From Lama guanicoe (Eukaryota), in assembly GCA_013239625.1 (NCBI GenBank), contig MU053520.1, positions 710,934 to 745,465 on the forward strand: a DNA stretch of 34,532 nucleotides. Reading direction: 5' to 3'. The translations under genes and the position numbers were made by a program. Below, piece by piece: positions 1 through 11,480 of the stretch. Every line of letters begins with the position of its first letter. Within the stretch, counting starts at the first letter, position 1. The notes under the pieces are model-generated. The model saw only the letters and a program-made list of their open reading frames with translations. It searched no databases and was not told where the DNA came from.

Positions 1-344
1 TGTCCACAATTAAGGGTTCATGGAGCCCCTGGAACACACTCACTGGTGGACTCCAAGCCTAGAGCCCCAAGGTCTAAGCTTCTCTCTGTTTCAGTCTTGA
101 GAAGATGGGGAGCAGGAGACCCGTGAGAAGTTCTCCTGCAAAGAGCACTCGGGCTGAAGGGCATGGCCTGTTTTGGTCCATTTAAACTCAACCTTTCCTC
201 TAGTCACACTTGATAGACTGAAGGCCAAGCTGTCCTTGACCTCAGGGGTCATGGAGGACTGACATCTGGAACACAGAGGGACAAGAATGAGTTCTTCCGT
301 CTGCCCAGAACCACACCTCACCCACCATCACCTGCCGTGTAGCC

Positions 345-420
345 AGCTCCCACTCCTTCCTTGAGACCCCTCTCAAATGGCACTTCCTCTTGGAAGCTTC
401 TTTTATCCCTTCTCTGGTAC
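345..420 (+). mobile_element. L2 (LINE-2) short relic
   Basis: ctcccactccttccttgagacccctctcaaatggcacttcctcttggaagctt resembles the L2 3' motif 'tcatccttcaagacccagctcaaatgtcacctcctctgtgaagcctt' (recalled consensus). Confidence 0.5.
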
Positions 421-700
421 AGACTCTGAGGCCCCATGAGGGTCGGACTCCACCCCAGGACCAAGCCAGGGTGGCAAGACTGTGATATGTAACATTTCTG
501 AAGATAGTACAGTATTACCTAGACTGGATATATCATTAATTACTCTAACTTTGCCATTTATTTGACAATGCTTTCAAATATTACATAATTAATTTAATAT
601 GTTAAACAACACTGTGATGCATGGATTTTTTCTTCATTTTTTTCCAAAATTGTCTCTATAATGTGAGAAAATTGATTCAAGGAGGATTTACCAAATTTGC

Positions 701-935
701 AAGCAGTTCAGCATAGAAGAAAGCTTACAGACTTCAGAGATGGACTGCTTCTAATTCCAGGCTCCATCACTTACTAGCCTTGTGACCCTGAGCCTCTACT
801 TCCTCATCTATGAAATGGGAGGTTATAATAATACATACCTTACAAGGTCATTGGGAGAATTAAGTGAGTTATTGTATGTTGTATTTAAAACAGTGCCTGA
901 TATACAAACAACAATATATAATGGCTCACTGTTTT
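701..935 (+). mobile_element. MIR SINE
   Basis: MIR core 'ggctccatcacttactagccttgtgaccctgagcctctacttcctcatctatgaaatggga...ataataatacataccttacaagg...aacagtgcctga'. Confidence 0.85.
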
Positions 936-1599
936 TGTTGTGATGCTGTATTATCATAAATAGTGTAATATTTAATAATTGTGGCTTTTAAAACAAAACT
1001 GTTATAATTTTATACATTACTGTAATTATAAAATGATTTTAATTTTTATAAATTATTGAAATTTTTGTAAGACAAAATTATTCTAGCAAGCATTAGGTAT
1101 CCCCAAAAAAGGGTAGAGCTCTAAGAGGCTGGGGCCAAGTATCTTGTATTAAATACAGATGCAAGTTGCAAATTAACAAACTCAAAACCAGAAAGTACCT
1201 AGGGTAAAAAGCCAATTCTTAACTAATTATGTGAGACAAATACCATGTCGTTGGTAGCCACATTTTGGGGTGATTAGAGCCATAGAATGAGTTAATATTA
1301 CAAAAATGTATTGCCAGTACGGGCTACTGTGGGGCCTTCGGTGAGGCAGCAGGACTACAAGCAACCTCAAGCAGACAGATTTTAAAGGCGGTGAATTCTC
1401 TCACAATTTCTTCCTGTTATCCTTCTGAGTATGTTACCCATACTTATGCATTGACACATGATTATGCCATGTTGCTTTTCAAAACAAATGTCCAGATTTA
1501 ACTGTGAGATTCAGGAATCAATCTTTGTCTGATGAAGTTTTAATATCCCCACTGCTTTTCACCTTGGTATTCATTTAGAATGTAGTTCTGCTGGGAGAC

Positions 1600-1890
1600 A
1601 TAATGCATTAGCTATGTGACGTGGGTTAAGATAATTTATCCCTTCAAACCTTACAAATGAAACTTTCATTTGAAAAAAAAATGAGGATGCTAAAATTACT
1701 GTCCTCATTGGCTCGAGATGGAGCTCAGTGAGAAAATTCACGCAAAATGTTGAACAGAGTGCTTGACAAATAAGATGCCAACTATTATTGAAGGAGAGAA
1801 AATGAAGATGCTAGAAAGCATTGGCTCTAGAGTTAAACTGCCTCCATTTAAATCAAGTTCACTCATGGACATGATGCGAACTTAGATAAA
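1600..1890 (+). mobile_element. MIR SINE relics (two fragments)
   Basis: 'ttagctatgtgacgtgggttaagataattt...ttcatttgaaaaaaaaatgagga...cagagtgcttgacaaataa' and 'gcattggctctagagttaaactgcctccatttaaatc'. Confidence 0.6.
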
Positions 1891-2287
1891 GATGCTTATG
1901 GAAGATGGTATTACCATGCACTCATCTCTACTTCTCTCCTCGGGTAGCAAAGAGGGTGATACTTCCCTTTCCGACTGAGACTAGGTTTGGCCAACTAAGT
2001 TTGGCCTCTCATATCATATAGTGTTGGATTTCTCTGTTCACATTTATTGATTTGTTAAATATTAACAGAAGCTTATTATGTGTACATCAATAGACTAAGT
2101 TCTAGAAACATCTGGGACAGAAATAGCTCAGACCCAAAGCTTATCAACTCTGCTTTGGTATGTCAAGGATAGCTCTAGAGAGCAGGAAATCTCTGGGCTG
2201 AGTCTTACAGAGTGTGGCATTCTCAAATAAGTGAAGGAGGTAGCTTTTCAGGGAGAGGGAATTGTATGTTAAATCAGATAAGACATG

Positions 2288-2415
2288 CGGAGGGGGTAAG
2301 GATATATCTCAGTGATAGAGTGCATGCTTAACATTCGTGAGGTCCTGGGCATGCATGAGGTCATGAGTTCAATCCCCAATATCATTAAAAATTTTATTTT
2401 TATTTAAATAAAAAT
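2288..2415 (+). mobile_element. tRNA-Ala-derived SINE (camelid Vic-1-like)
   Basis: ggatatatctcagtgatagagtgcatgcttaacatt...gaggtc...gttcaatcccc is a decayed tRNA-Ala(AGC) body with A/B boxes and an AT tail; flanked by a TSD-like pair ttaaatcagataagacatg (2269-2287) / ttaaacagataagatatg (2416-2433). Confidence 0.85.
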
Positions 2416-2531
2416 TTAAACAGATAAGATATGAGTATGATACATTTGGGGAACTATGAATAGATCAGAATAATTAAACAGATAAGATATGAGTATGATA
2501 CATTTGGGGAACTATGAATACATCAGAATAG
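2416..2531. repeat. 58-bp tandem duplication (2 copies)
   Basis: ttaaacagataagatatgagtatgatacatttggggaactatgaata(g/c)atcagaata at 2416 and again at 2474. Confidence 0.95.
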
Positions 2532-3017
2532 ATCATAATAATAATAACAATAATAAATAATAGTGAGAATTGTATATTTGTAAGGAAATAGCTAGGACCG
2601 AAGATTGATAGCAGCCAAGAAGCAGATTAAAGATTGCCTTATATAAAACGATAAGAAATTTTGATTTCATGGCTCATGCAATATGCAGATATTCAAGACT
2701 TTAAAGAAAGAAGTGGCACAGAGTTTCATATTTTAAAAAGGACTACTCTGTAACAGTGTGAAAGATGCAGTGAAGGGAGGAAGAAGAAGAGATAAAAACT
2801 AGTTCAGTAATCCAGAAGAATCATGATGGCTGTACCATGCTCAGAGTACAGAAGAAGACAGAGAAGGGAAACGCGCAGAATTAGGGAGGTACAATGAAGG
2901 TTTGGCATTATAGGAAAGATGGAGAGGCAGGAGGATTTGACTCCCATACTGAATGACTTAATGGGTAGAGGAGATATTAAGTAGGTTACATTACAGAGGA
3001 AGCAGAATTTTTACAAG

Positions 3018-3070
3018 GTTTTTGTTTTGTTTTGTTTTGTTTGTCTTTATTTTATTTCTCTTTTTTTTTC
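3018..3070. repeat. (TTTTG)n / T-rich microsatellite
   Basis: gtttttgttttgttttgttttgtttgtc...ttttttttt. Confidence 0.8.
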
Positions 3071-4519
3071 TACAGTAGATGGTTTGCAAAGAGGCACTAA
3101 TGGTGACTTGCATCCCTGAACATAATGGTGAATTCCTGGAATTTACTTTAGATTGAATAGCAGGAAAGTATCTCAGAGATGTCATTTTGGCCAAGTTCTG
3201 AGTGATAAAATACTAGCCATGAAAAGACAGGGGAAGAACATTCCAACTATTAACAAGTTTCTAAGGACCTGTTGAAGTAATGAAAAAGAACACTGTGGAA
3301 GCCAGAGCATCATTAAAGAGAGGCGGACAGGCACTAGAGGAAGATACATGAAACAGAAACAAGATCATATAGTTTCAAATGATGGAAAAGAACATTGCCT
3401 TTATTTAAAATGTGACAAGAATGAAGTGACATTAGTCAATGACTTCACTTTTAGTGATAATCACTTCTATGTCAATACTCTTTTTTTCCCCCTAAATAAC
3501 AATAACAGGCAATTGTTTTTAGGCAAATATTTAATACCTCTAAGTGTTATCCTTCCACTGAGGAATAATTTCAGTCCTGATGTCTGACATCTGTAGTGTA
3601 TTATTAACATTTTTTTCAAGCTTCATAAATTGAAAGAGGGGAGGGATGTTTAATTATATACTCTTACAGATTTGATTCAAAATATAAATGGAACTGAAAA
3701 ATTTTAATGATAACACTTTCAATTTTAAGGCAATTAGCATGCAGCTACTTTTACATATACACACACTAAAAAAATGATTTTTTCTTTTCAGAAAAACCAC
3801 AGAGTTAATTACCTTCCTTAGTCCTCTTAAAGTGTTGCTGTATCCTACCTCCATGTGGAAAAAAGAAGCAATCCTGTACTGATCCGCAGACACAAAGGAC
3901 TATGTAGTATATCCTTCTCAATTCCCTTTGAATTAGTATAACTACCTCTGTAATAACTGGAAATATTTGTCATTTTACTTTATGCTAACTAAATATCAAT
4001 TTGTTCTTACTTCTTATCCCCCTTTGAAAACATAAATCAGGTTTACACAGAAGATAGATCCAGAGCATGAGAGAAACTATTCTTAGAAAGCCTCTGAAAT
4101 ATTTACCAACTCTGTGTTTTTACTTTACCGCTATAGAGACTGGTTCCTAAAATTTGGTTTGGAAATTATTATGGCTTTATATTGTTTGACCAAAAGTTTT
4201 GTCTTTTCATTGCCTGTATCTTTTTCTTCCCTAAGTAGAGTAGTACATACACAAAGGATTTATCAATAGGCTGACTATATTCAAGAAAAATAAAAAATAT
4301 GATTATGTTTGCTCTAAATTAAATAATATTATCATCAGATTCTACTGTTGCACTTACTCTGGTTAACCAAAACTGTTTTCAGGTGATAAGCATCTATGTG
4401 GGAACTTTGTCAACAATTTTAACAATAATTCCTTTTTAGCAAACATCATTTATTATTGCTTTGCTCTCATGTATTTAGCAAAAAAGCTAAGGGATACTTA
4501 CCAAAATGTTCTCTAAGTG

Positions 4520-5830
4520 AAATTTCCCCAATATAGGGGACAAAGAGAAAAATATAATAGAGATGAGCTTAACATAAAAACTACAAATCATATAAGGAAA
4601 TGAATCACCATGAAAGACAGTCAGCAGAAACAGCAAACAAGATATTTGGACAAACAAGATGCAACATGAGAACATGTTATAAAAAATTATAAGACAATCT
4701 GAATTAATGATAAAATAAGTTTATCAGAAATAATTAGAGAAAATAAATAAAAACATAAAAAAGTAAATAAACTGAATCTGTTAGCTGAAAGTTAGAATTG
4801 GACAAAGGAATCAAAATCTGGCTGAATGTTATTTAAAAGATACAGCAAACTATAATGACAACAAAAACAAATAGGTAGAAAAATTAGATTTAGCAAATAA
4901 CAAAGTTAAACTTTAATATTGATGTATTAATAGCAGGAAATCATGTGATTTTCAAATAAAAACAAATGAGAAGAATGAAGAAAATTGCTTTACAATAATG
5001 AAAAGTGCTATTTACTCAAAAGACATAAATATCCTGAACTTGAAATCAATAAGACTGTGAAATGGTTGCCTTAAAGAAAAATGTACAACTTAAGATCAGT
5101 GAGTTTCAATTTTATTTAGGGGCATTATTGTGAATTATAGCTTGGAAACCGTCTCTCAGATAGCTTTGAGGAGCTGCTCTAGAAAGGTAGGGGAGGAACT
5201 AGTAAAAATATATGAACATTTTGGCTAGGAAATATACATAGTCAAGCACACATGTTGGTAAAAGATTACTAGCAATCACAAAGAACAGCTATATCAAGTT
5301 AATAATTTTAGTACTTTTCTATGTATGGGAAGAAGCAAGAATCCTGGTTGTCGAAATTCTTCTTGAGATATGCATCTTAATGATCTAGGGGTCCTTATAT
5401 CCAAAGCACAGACTGCCTTATCCTGTTTACTCCATCCTGAATTCCCCTCAGGGTGCACTGTCAGCAGGAGACTGCAGTGGGTTGGGACTTAACTCTTTGT
5501 ATAAGGGGATAATGAGTGATGCACTTTGTTCTTTTTGTTCACAATACAAAATAAAGTTGAATATATAATACTTTTAGTAAATGACACAGGAAGCGTATTA
5601 ATGAAAAGGATTATTTGCATATTTATTTGAATTAATTGACCTTAGCCTAATTAGCACAAGTAAGACCTTCCACACAACATTTAGAGACTCACATTCTAAT
5701 CAAACACACGTGAAACATTTACAAATATTAACCATGTCCTAAGCCACAAAACAAATCTCAACAAATAAATAATAATTAGTATTACTCAGGTTGGGTTCTC
5801 TGACTACCATGTCGAAAATTAGAAATCCCT
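4520..5830 (+). mobile_element. Ancient L1M relic (ORF1-proximal piece plus ORF2 endonuclease region), split by the LTR at 5056-5543
   Basis: A-rich + strand; EN-domain-like motifs 'caataatgaaaagtgctatttactcaaaagacataaatatcctgaac' and 'acatttacaaatattaaccatgtcctaagccacaaaacaaatctcaacaaa...ttctctgactaccatg' (KIDHxLxHK...FSDH-like, decayed). Confidence 0.75.
5056..5543 (-). mobile_element. ERV1-class solo LTR (MER34/LTR39-like group, tentative)
   Basis: Termini TGTGAA...TTCACA; near-TSD agac/atac; AATAAA on the minus strand near 5112; colinear with the LTR at 8969-9431 (aaaagattact..., atcaagttaat..., cttttct.tgtatggga, aat.cccctcaggg). Confidence 0.85.
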
Positions 5831-6504
5831 GCATATCTCATGGGCACTGAGCCAATCTATGGGTCAAGTACTAATACCTTGACTATATTAGAATTTAATA
5901 CTTCTGTGAGATAATCATAAGTGTATTTAAAAGATATTACTCAGGTGGTGGTGGTGATCATTATTTTACTGTTATCCATTTAAATGATGTAAGATTTGCA
6001 TCCAAATGTAGGTAGTCATGATAATCTGTAAGAAAAATAAACCAAATATGTAACTGAGCAAAGGATATGGGTAAGTAAAGAAAGTGGAAATAAGAATGAC
6101 CACTTAACATATGGAAAAGGAGAAAAGGCTTAATCTGGCCAGTACTCAGGAAAATATATATTTGGTGTGCGTTTAAATAATCATGAGTTTGAATTTTACT
6201 ACCATCATGTTGAGGAAAAATATCAAAATCTGATGATTACCAAGTACAAGAGGTGATGGACGGAACTGGTAACTTTTACCTACAGCTAATGGGGATGCAA
6301 ATTGTATTTTAGAGAGCATTTTGACAATGCCTACTAAAGTTAAAAATGGACATACTCTAAGATTTTGTAAAGCATGTGTTCTAGAGAAATTTTAGCATAG
6401 GTATATATAACAAAGGGATATATACAAAATTGTTTATTGTAGCACTGATCATAGAAGCAAAAGCATGGAAAAAAATTAAATAACCACTGAATAAAAAATG
6501 GATG

Positions 6505-7673
6505 TGTTAGGTAGTTAGATAAATGGAGGCACTCAGCAGATAAGCTGGAGGAGAGGGAGGATGTGTTGCCAGGAAAAGGGAATTAAGAATTATCTAAGTT
6601 CTTAGTCACCTGAAAAAAAAGAATTTTTAACAAGACAAAGTGTGATATAAACAAGATTTTATCAGTCAAGTAAAAAGGTAGTAAAATATAGTACACTCCC
6701 AAGAATCAGGAACCAGCCAACCCAAGAGAGGAAACATGGCACCACTCCTTTGTTTTTCCTGTTTTTATATCCTGGCTTAGGGTTGTTTTCGTGATTGGTT
6801 GATTGATTCATGGCTCAGGTTGTTTTAGTGCTCAGGCTGACTGAAAGCTCATGGTTCTTCTGCTCAGGTATGCCCATTCCCTTTTGGGTAGGTTCTTACC
6901 CATGAAGCACACAGAGAAACCCATGGGAGGGGGCTCAAAATGTAATGTTAATTACATTATAAAGAGCATTGGGTCAGGTTAAGCCAGGTCCTTCTCTCTA
7001 TTGTGCGGTGGCTGCAGTGTTGGATCCTGGCTGGCTTCTTTGCTGGCCCTCATTTAGAGAAAGTTTTTGGAGCCCCTTATCCTGAGTGCAGGTGCATTGT
7101 TATTTTCTGGGTTGCTCCCTTCCCCTTCCTCTCCCTCTGCCCAGTGCTCATTTCTAACTAACTGCCTAACAGATGGTCTTGTAGATGGAGGTACGCCTGC
7201 CTTCAGCATAAAGAGTGCCAGCAAAAAAAACAAACAAACAAAAAAAACAAAAAAAACAAGTTGGTTAGAACCCAAAAGCTGCAACTGCACAGTAGCGACA
7301 AGGGCCTACCCAGTCATGACCCAGTGCTCACTGTGATATAATTAACATTATAGCTTAAGCCCCCTTTATGGGTTTTTCTGTGAGCATCATGGGTAAGGAC
7401 ATCTGTAAAAGGGGGCAAGCATGACTAAGCACTCCAGGGGCAAAACTGTTAATTAATCAAGAGGTTACCTCTAAGGAAGGGTGTAAGAGACAAATAAAGG
7501 GTATAAGGACAAATAAAGACCATTGCTATCCCTCCTTGGATCAGCCCACCTCCTGTACTGCTAATAAAATCTTCAAATTCTTTTGCTACGCAGTGATTTT
7601 GTCTTCTGTCTGAATTCTCCTCTTTTGGATAAGACAAGAACTGAGGTTTTCCCCTTCCTCTTTTGGGGTAACA
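6505..7673 (+). mobile_element. ERV1-class solo LTR (outer, host of the nested LTR)
   Basis: Starts TGTTAGGTAG, ends GGGGTAACA; near-TSD gatg/aatg; AATAAA near 7563; colinear with the LTR at 24871-25427 once 6564-7175 is removed. Confidence 0.9.
6564..7171 (-). mobile_element. ERV1-class solo LTR nested in inverted orientation in a related LTR
   Basis: TGTTGCC...CCTAACA termini; perfect 4-bp TSD GATG (6560-6563 / 7172-7175); reverse complement starts tgttaggcagttag like the host LTR. Confidence 0.9.
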
Positions 7674-7904
7674 AATGAATAGATAGTGGGAAATCCATGT
7701 AATGGAAAACCACAATAGAGTGACACATAAATTAATTAAAGCTATATAGAACTCTGAAAACCATAAAGTGGCCCCAAAAGAAATGTTGCAAATAATGTTT
7801 ATACATTTAAATTGTTAAATGCTTAACTTAAAAAAGAAAAAAAAAACTATTTATATAGACTGAATGGACACACAACTACAAGTTATTAGTGACCACTGAG
7901 GAAG

Positions 7905-8968
7905 AAACGAGGTAACTTTCAGAAAGGCAGCATGAGGAGCTCCAGGGACCCCTGCCCAGGGAACAACTCTAACTGGTATAAACAAAATTTAAGTAAATTT
8001 TCTGGAAATTTTCCTGAGCACATAAGTCAAATGAAGAAAATATGTATTCAAGAAAATCTACTACATCTCAGTTAGAAGGGTGTGAGTCTGTGGCATCTGC
8101 TCCTTTCCTAATCTCTCTGACTGACTGTGATGACAGAAGCTCTAATGCAGGCAGGTATAGCCAAGAAAAAGAGACCCTCTTTCCCTCAGCACCCAGGCAA
8201 GGGATAGGCAATTTCACTTTGGAAGTGTAGGCTGAAAGCATTTCTTATCTCCCATCCCCATTTCCAAGTTGCAGAGATTAAATTCCTCGCAAACATGGCC
8301 AAGGTATTGAGGGCTCTCTTTCTCCACCAATCTCCTATTTATAGGACAGATGTCAACCCTAGGAGAAACAAGCCAAAAAAACTAGAGGACACTGCCCCAT
8401 CCAAGTGTTCTGCTAATAAATCAAGGCTATCACTCCAAGAGAAGCAGGCCACTGTCCCCATACTCAGCTCCAAAGCAGGAGTTCACAGATTTTGATCAAG
8501 AGAAAACATGCTGTTAAAAATAAAAAGTGTCTGAAGCTCTTCCCAGAAGACCCAGCATTATTTGGAATAGTGTGAAAGATTTCAAGCGTAAGGGTGCTCT
8601 CAGAAACAATAGACATTTTTGTGGCAGGCAATTAAGAACAAGTTAAACCAAACGTCAGCTTGTTTCACCAGAGAGAACAAAGGAAAGAGACAGCTAAGAA
8701 TAGCCCTGTTGGGGTCAGAACAAGTTGCAAAGACTTACCTAAAAATATGCCTCTGCAAGTGGACCCCAGTTTAATAGAGCAATTTTTTTACTTCATCAAA
8801 AAAAAAAAAAGAAATAGAGCATTCACAAGACAATTAGTTCAGCCTGCAAACTAAGGTGATACCAGCAAAGACAGCTGGTTTAAGGGAGAGAAAAGGGAAA
8901 AAGAGAGCGAAAGAGTCTTGCTAAAACCGCTGCCATCTCAGAGAGACTGCATGCATGCCCAAGTGTGC
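7905..8968 (+). mobile_element. Ancient L1M 5'-end (5'UTR-like) relic
   Basis: 'tctggaaattttcctgagcacataagtcaaatgaagaaaatatgtattcaagaaaatctactacatctcag...gagtctgtggcat' resembles recalled L1M 5' end consensus; subfamily uncertain. Confidence 0.6.
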
Positions 8969-9431
8969 TGTTGACTTAAAAAAACCAACCAACAAACAAA
9001 AATCCACAACTAAAAGTTGAGAATTATGTTTTATTTGGTGAACAGAACTGAGGACTTAAGCCTGAAAGACAGCTTCTCAGATAGTTCTAAGGGACTGCTC
9101 AGAAGAGGTCAGGGAGGAGCCAGAACACATTTAAGTTTTGGTAACAAAAATCAGGTAGCCAGAACATCAAAAGATTACTGTTAATTAAAGAAAACCAGAT
9201 GCATCAAGTTAATATATTCGCTGCTTTTCTGTGTATGGGAAAATGCAAGAGTCTGGGTTCACTGAAATCTTTCCTTTGATATATACCTAAACTATCTAAG
9301 GCCAGTATCCTGCTTGTCTCCATCTTGAATCCCCTCAGGGTACATGTCTCGGAGTGGCTACGGTGGCCACTGGCTTGATGGCTGCAACATCCCTTGTTTA
9401 CTGATCTAGCAGGCAACATTTTTTATCTACA
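8969..9431 (-). mobile_element. ERV1-class solo LTR (related to 5056-5543)
   Basis: TGTTGAC...TCTACA termini; flanks gtgc/gcac are compatible with a CpG-decayed GCGC TSD; AATAAA on minus near 9031; colinear with the 5056 LTR. Confidence 0.85.
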
Positions 9432-9459
9432 GCACAAGGACACAGCAACACTATCCCCT

Positions 9460-9552
9460 TTTGGTCTTTTTTATATCCACACCCTCAAGATCTTGCACAA
9501 TGCTTGGCATATATAATGCATCAATATCAATGTATTTAATAAAAATAAATGC
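9460..9552 (+). mobile_element. L2 3'-end relic
   Basis: 'tcttgcacaatgcttggcatatataatgcatcaatatcaatgtatttaataaaaataaatg' resembles the L2 terminus. Confidence 0.55.
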
Positions 9553-9639
9553 TCCTAGAACCTCAAAGAGAGATTCATATGTAAAACATTTTGTATTTAC
9601 ATATTGGCCCCAATATATTCCAGATAAAAGGAAGTAAAC

Positions 9640-9866
9640 TTTAATGAGCACCTCTCATATGTCAGACATTGCACTAGGAAATTATGAATAAGTTTTATTT
9701 TTCACCTCCATAACTTTATGAAGGTAATAGTATTATTCATTTTGTAAGTTAAGCAAAAAGAGGCTAAAAGAGATGAACTTACCAAAGGTCATAAACTACT
9801 AAGTGCCAACACCTGGAGTTAAATCTCTGTTTTATGCTATAGGCCTTTGATTTTTACTCAGTACTA
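9640..9866 (-). mobile_element. MIR SINE
   Basis: 'tttaatgagcacctctcatatgtcagacattgcactagg...attcattttgtaagttaagcaaaaagaggctaaaagagatgaacttaccaaaggtcataaactactaagtg'. Confidence 0.8.
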
Positions 9867-10007
9867 TTTAGTAGTAGAAAAAAAAATTAAAACTCATTCA
9901 GCAGTAGAATAAATAGCAGGAATAACAACAATAAAGATGTATTTGCCTTTTGAGTTTGAGGTTAGTACAGCTTCTTAATTGCTTGCTTATTGACAAATCA
10001 GACTTAA

Positions 10008-10361
10008 CTCTATGGATTGAATGTTTGGGTCCCCCTAAAATTCATATGTAAAATTCTTAATTCCCAATATGTTAGTATTTGGAGGTGGGGTCTTTTAAAG
10101 CTAATTAGATCATCATGTCATAAATGGGATCAGTGCCCTTAAAAGAAGAGACACAAGAGATATGACATCTTCCTCTCCCAGGTGAGAACATAGAGAGAAT
10201 GCAGCCATCTGTGAATTGGGAAGAGGGTTTTCACCAGAACCCAATCATGATGGCACACTGATCTCAGACTTCCAGCCTATAGAACTATGAAAAACAAATT
10301 TTTTGTTGTTTAAGACATCCAGTCTACAGTCTTCTGTTATAGCAGCTCATACTAAGCCACA
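10008..10361 (+). mobile_element. MaLR solo LTR, MLT1A/MLT1A0-like
   Basis: 'ctatggattgaatgtttgggtccccctaaaattcatatgt...tcagacttccagcctatagaactatgaaaaacaaattttttgttgtttaagacatccagtcta...ttatagcagc' closely follows the recalled MLT1A0 consensus end to end. Confidence 0.9.
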
Positions 10362-11351
10362 GAGGCTTCCAGGAGTTTATTGTCATCACAGATTAATATA
10401 AATTCCTTAATCCAGCTCCTTTTAGGAAAGAAAGTGAGATAAAGACCAGGTTGATGCAGACATTAGGGATGTTCTGTGACCATCAGAATGGGATTAGTTG
10501 AGGATGAGGGGTCAGGAAATGGAAAAGGGAAGTAGAAATTAAGAAAAAAAATTCACTGTAGGGTGTGTATGTGTTTGTGTGTGAGTGGGGAGAGATGAAG
10601 TTTTTATTTAAAGGAGAAACTTTCAGGTCACAATCAGCAACTAATTAGTACCATTCTGAAGAGTAACCAGAAGAGAAACTTGCTTGACAAAAATGATATT
10701 AAGTGAATCAAATGAAAGAAATTTGCATTACTCTCCAGGAAATATATGATAAATAGATTTTCTTAAATGTTGCCAAGTCTATCACTGATATTTCCTGTGT
10801 AAACTCTTACTCAAATAATGGTTTACTCTATAAACATTTCCTGGCAAACTTACATGATATATATTTGCTCAGGGACATATTTTTGAGGATATGGAGAAGT
10901 GGTTTATTACTGTCATTGTGATATGTATGTTAAGGGTACATTTCCCACCATAGATGGTCATTAATAGTGATTTTGGATATATAATTTTACATTTCTGGGC
11001 TCCAGTTTCCTCTTGAATAAAATTAATTTGTTTAACATTTTTATTGAGTTATAGTCATTTTATAATGTTGTGTCAAATTCCAGTGTAGAGCACAATTTTT
11101 TCAGTTATACATGAACATACCTATATTCATTGTCACATTTTTTTTCACTGTGAACTACCACAGGATCTTGTATATAATTCCCTGTGCTATACAGTATAAT
11201 CTTGTTTACCTATTCTGCATATGGCTGTCAGTATCTACAAATTTTGGACTCCCAGTCTGTCCCTTCCCACCATCCTCCCCCTTAACAACCACAAGTTTGT
11301 ATTCTATGTCTATGATTGTTTCTGTTTTGTATTTACATTCTTTTTTTTTTT

Positions 11352-11417
11352 NNNNNNNNNNNNNNNNNNNNNNNNNNNNNNNNNNNNNNNNNNNNNNNNN
11401 NNNNNNNNNNNNNNNNN
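11352..11417. other. Assembly gap (66 N) after a poly-T run inside the L1
   Basis: Run of n characters. Confidence 1.
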
Positions 11418-11480
11418 TTTCTCTTTCTGGCTTACTTAGAATGACATTTTCCAGGGACATCCATGTTGCTGCAAATGGCG

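Larger units (their letters stand above)
2035..3450 (-). mobile_element. L2 relic (degenerate, interrupted by a SINE and microsatellites)
   Basis: L2 3'-end-like 'ttcacatttattgatttgttaaatattaacagaagcttattatgtg' followed by purine-rich L2-antisense motifs (tctgggctgagtctt..., aaaaaggactactctgtaacagtgtgaaagatg, tttggccaagttctgagtgata). Confidence 0.6.
6040..7860 (+). mobile_element. Ancient L1ME-like 3' relic, split by nested LTRs at 6505-7673
   Basis: ORF2 C-terminal/3'UTR motifs 'ttgtttattgtagcactgatcatagaagcaaaagcatggaaa...aaatggatg' resume after the LTR as 'aatgaatagatagtgggaaatccatgtaatggaaaaccac'. Confidence 0.75.

Noticed and set aside
4490..4585. Strong minus-strand donor TG|GTAAGT near 4501
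   Set aside because: The upstream sequence is antisense L1 relic with only weak acceptors; likely cryptic.
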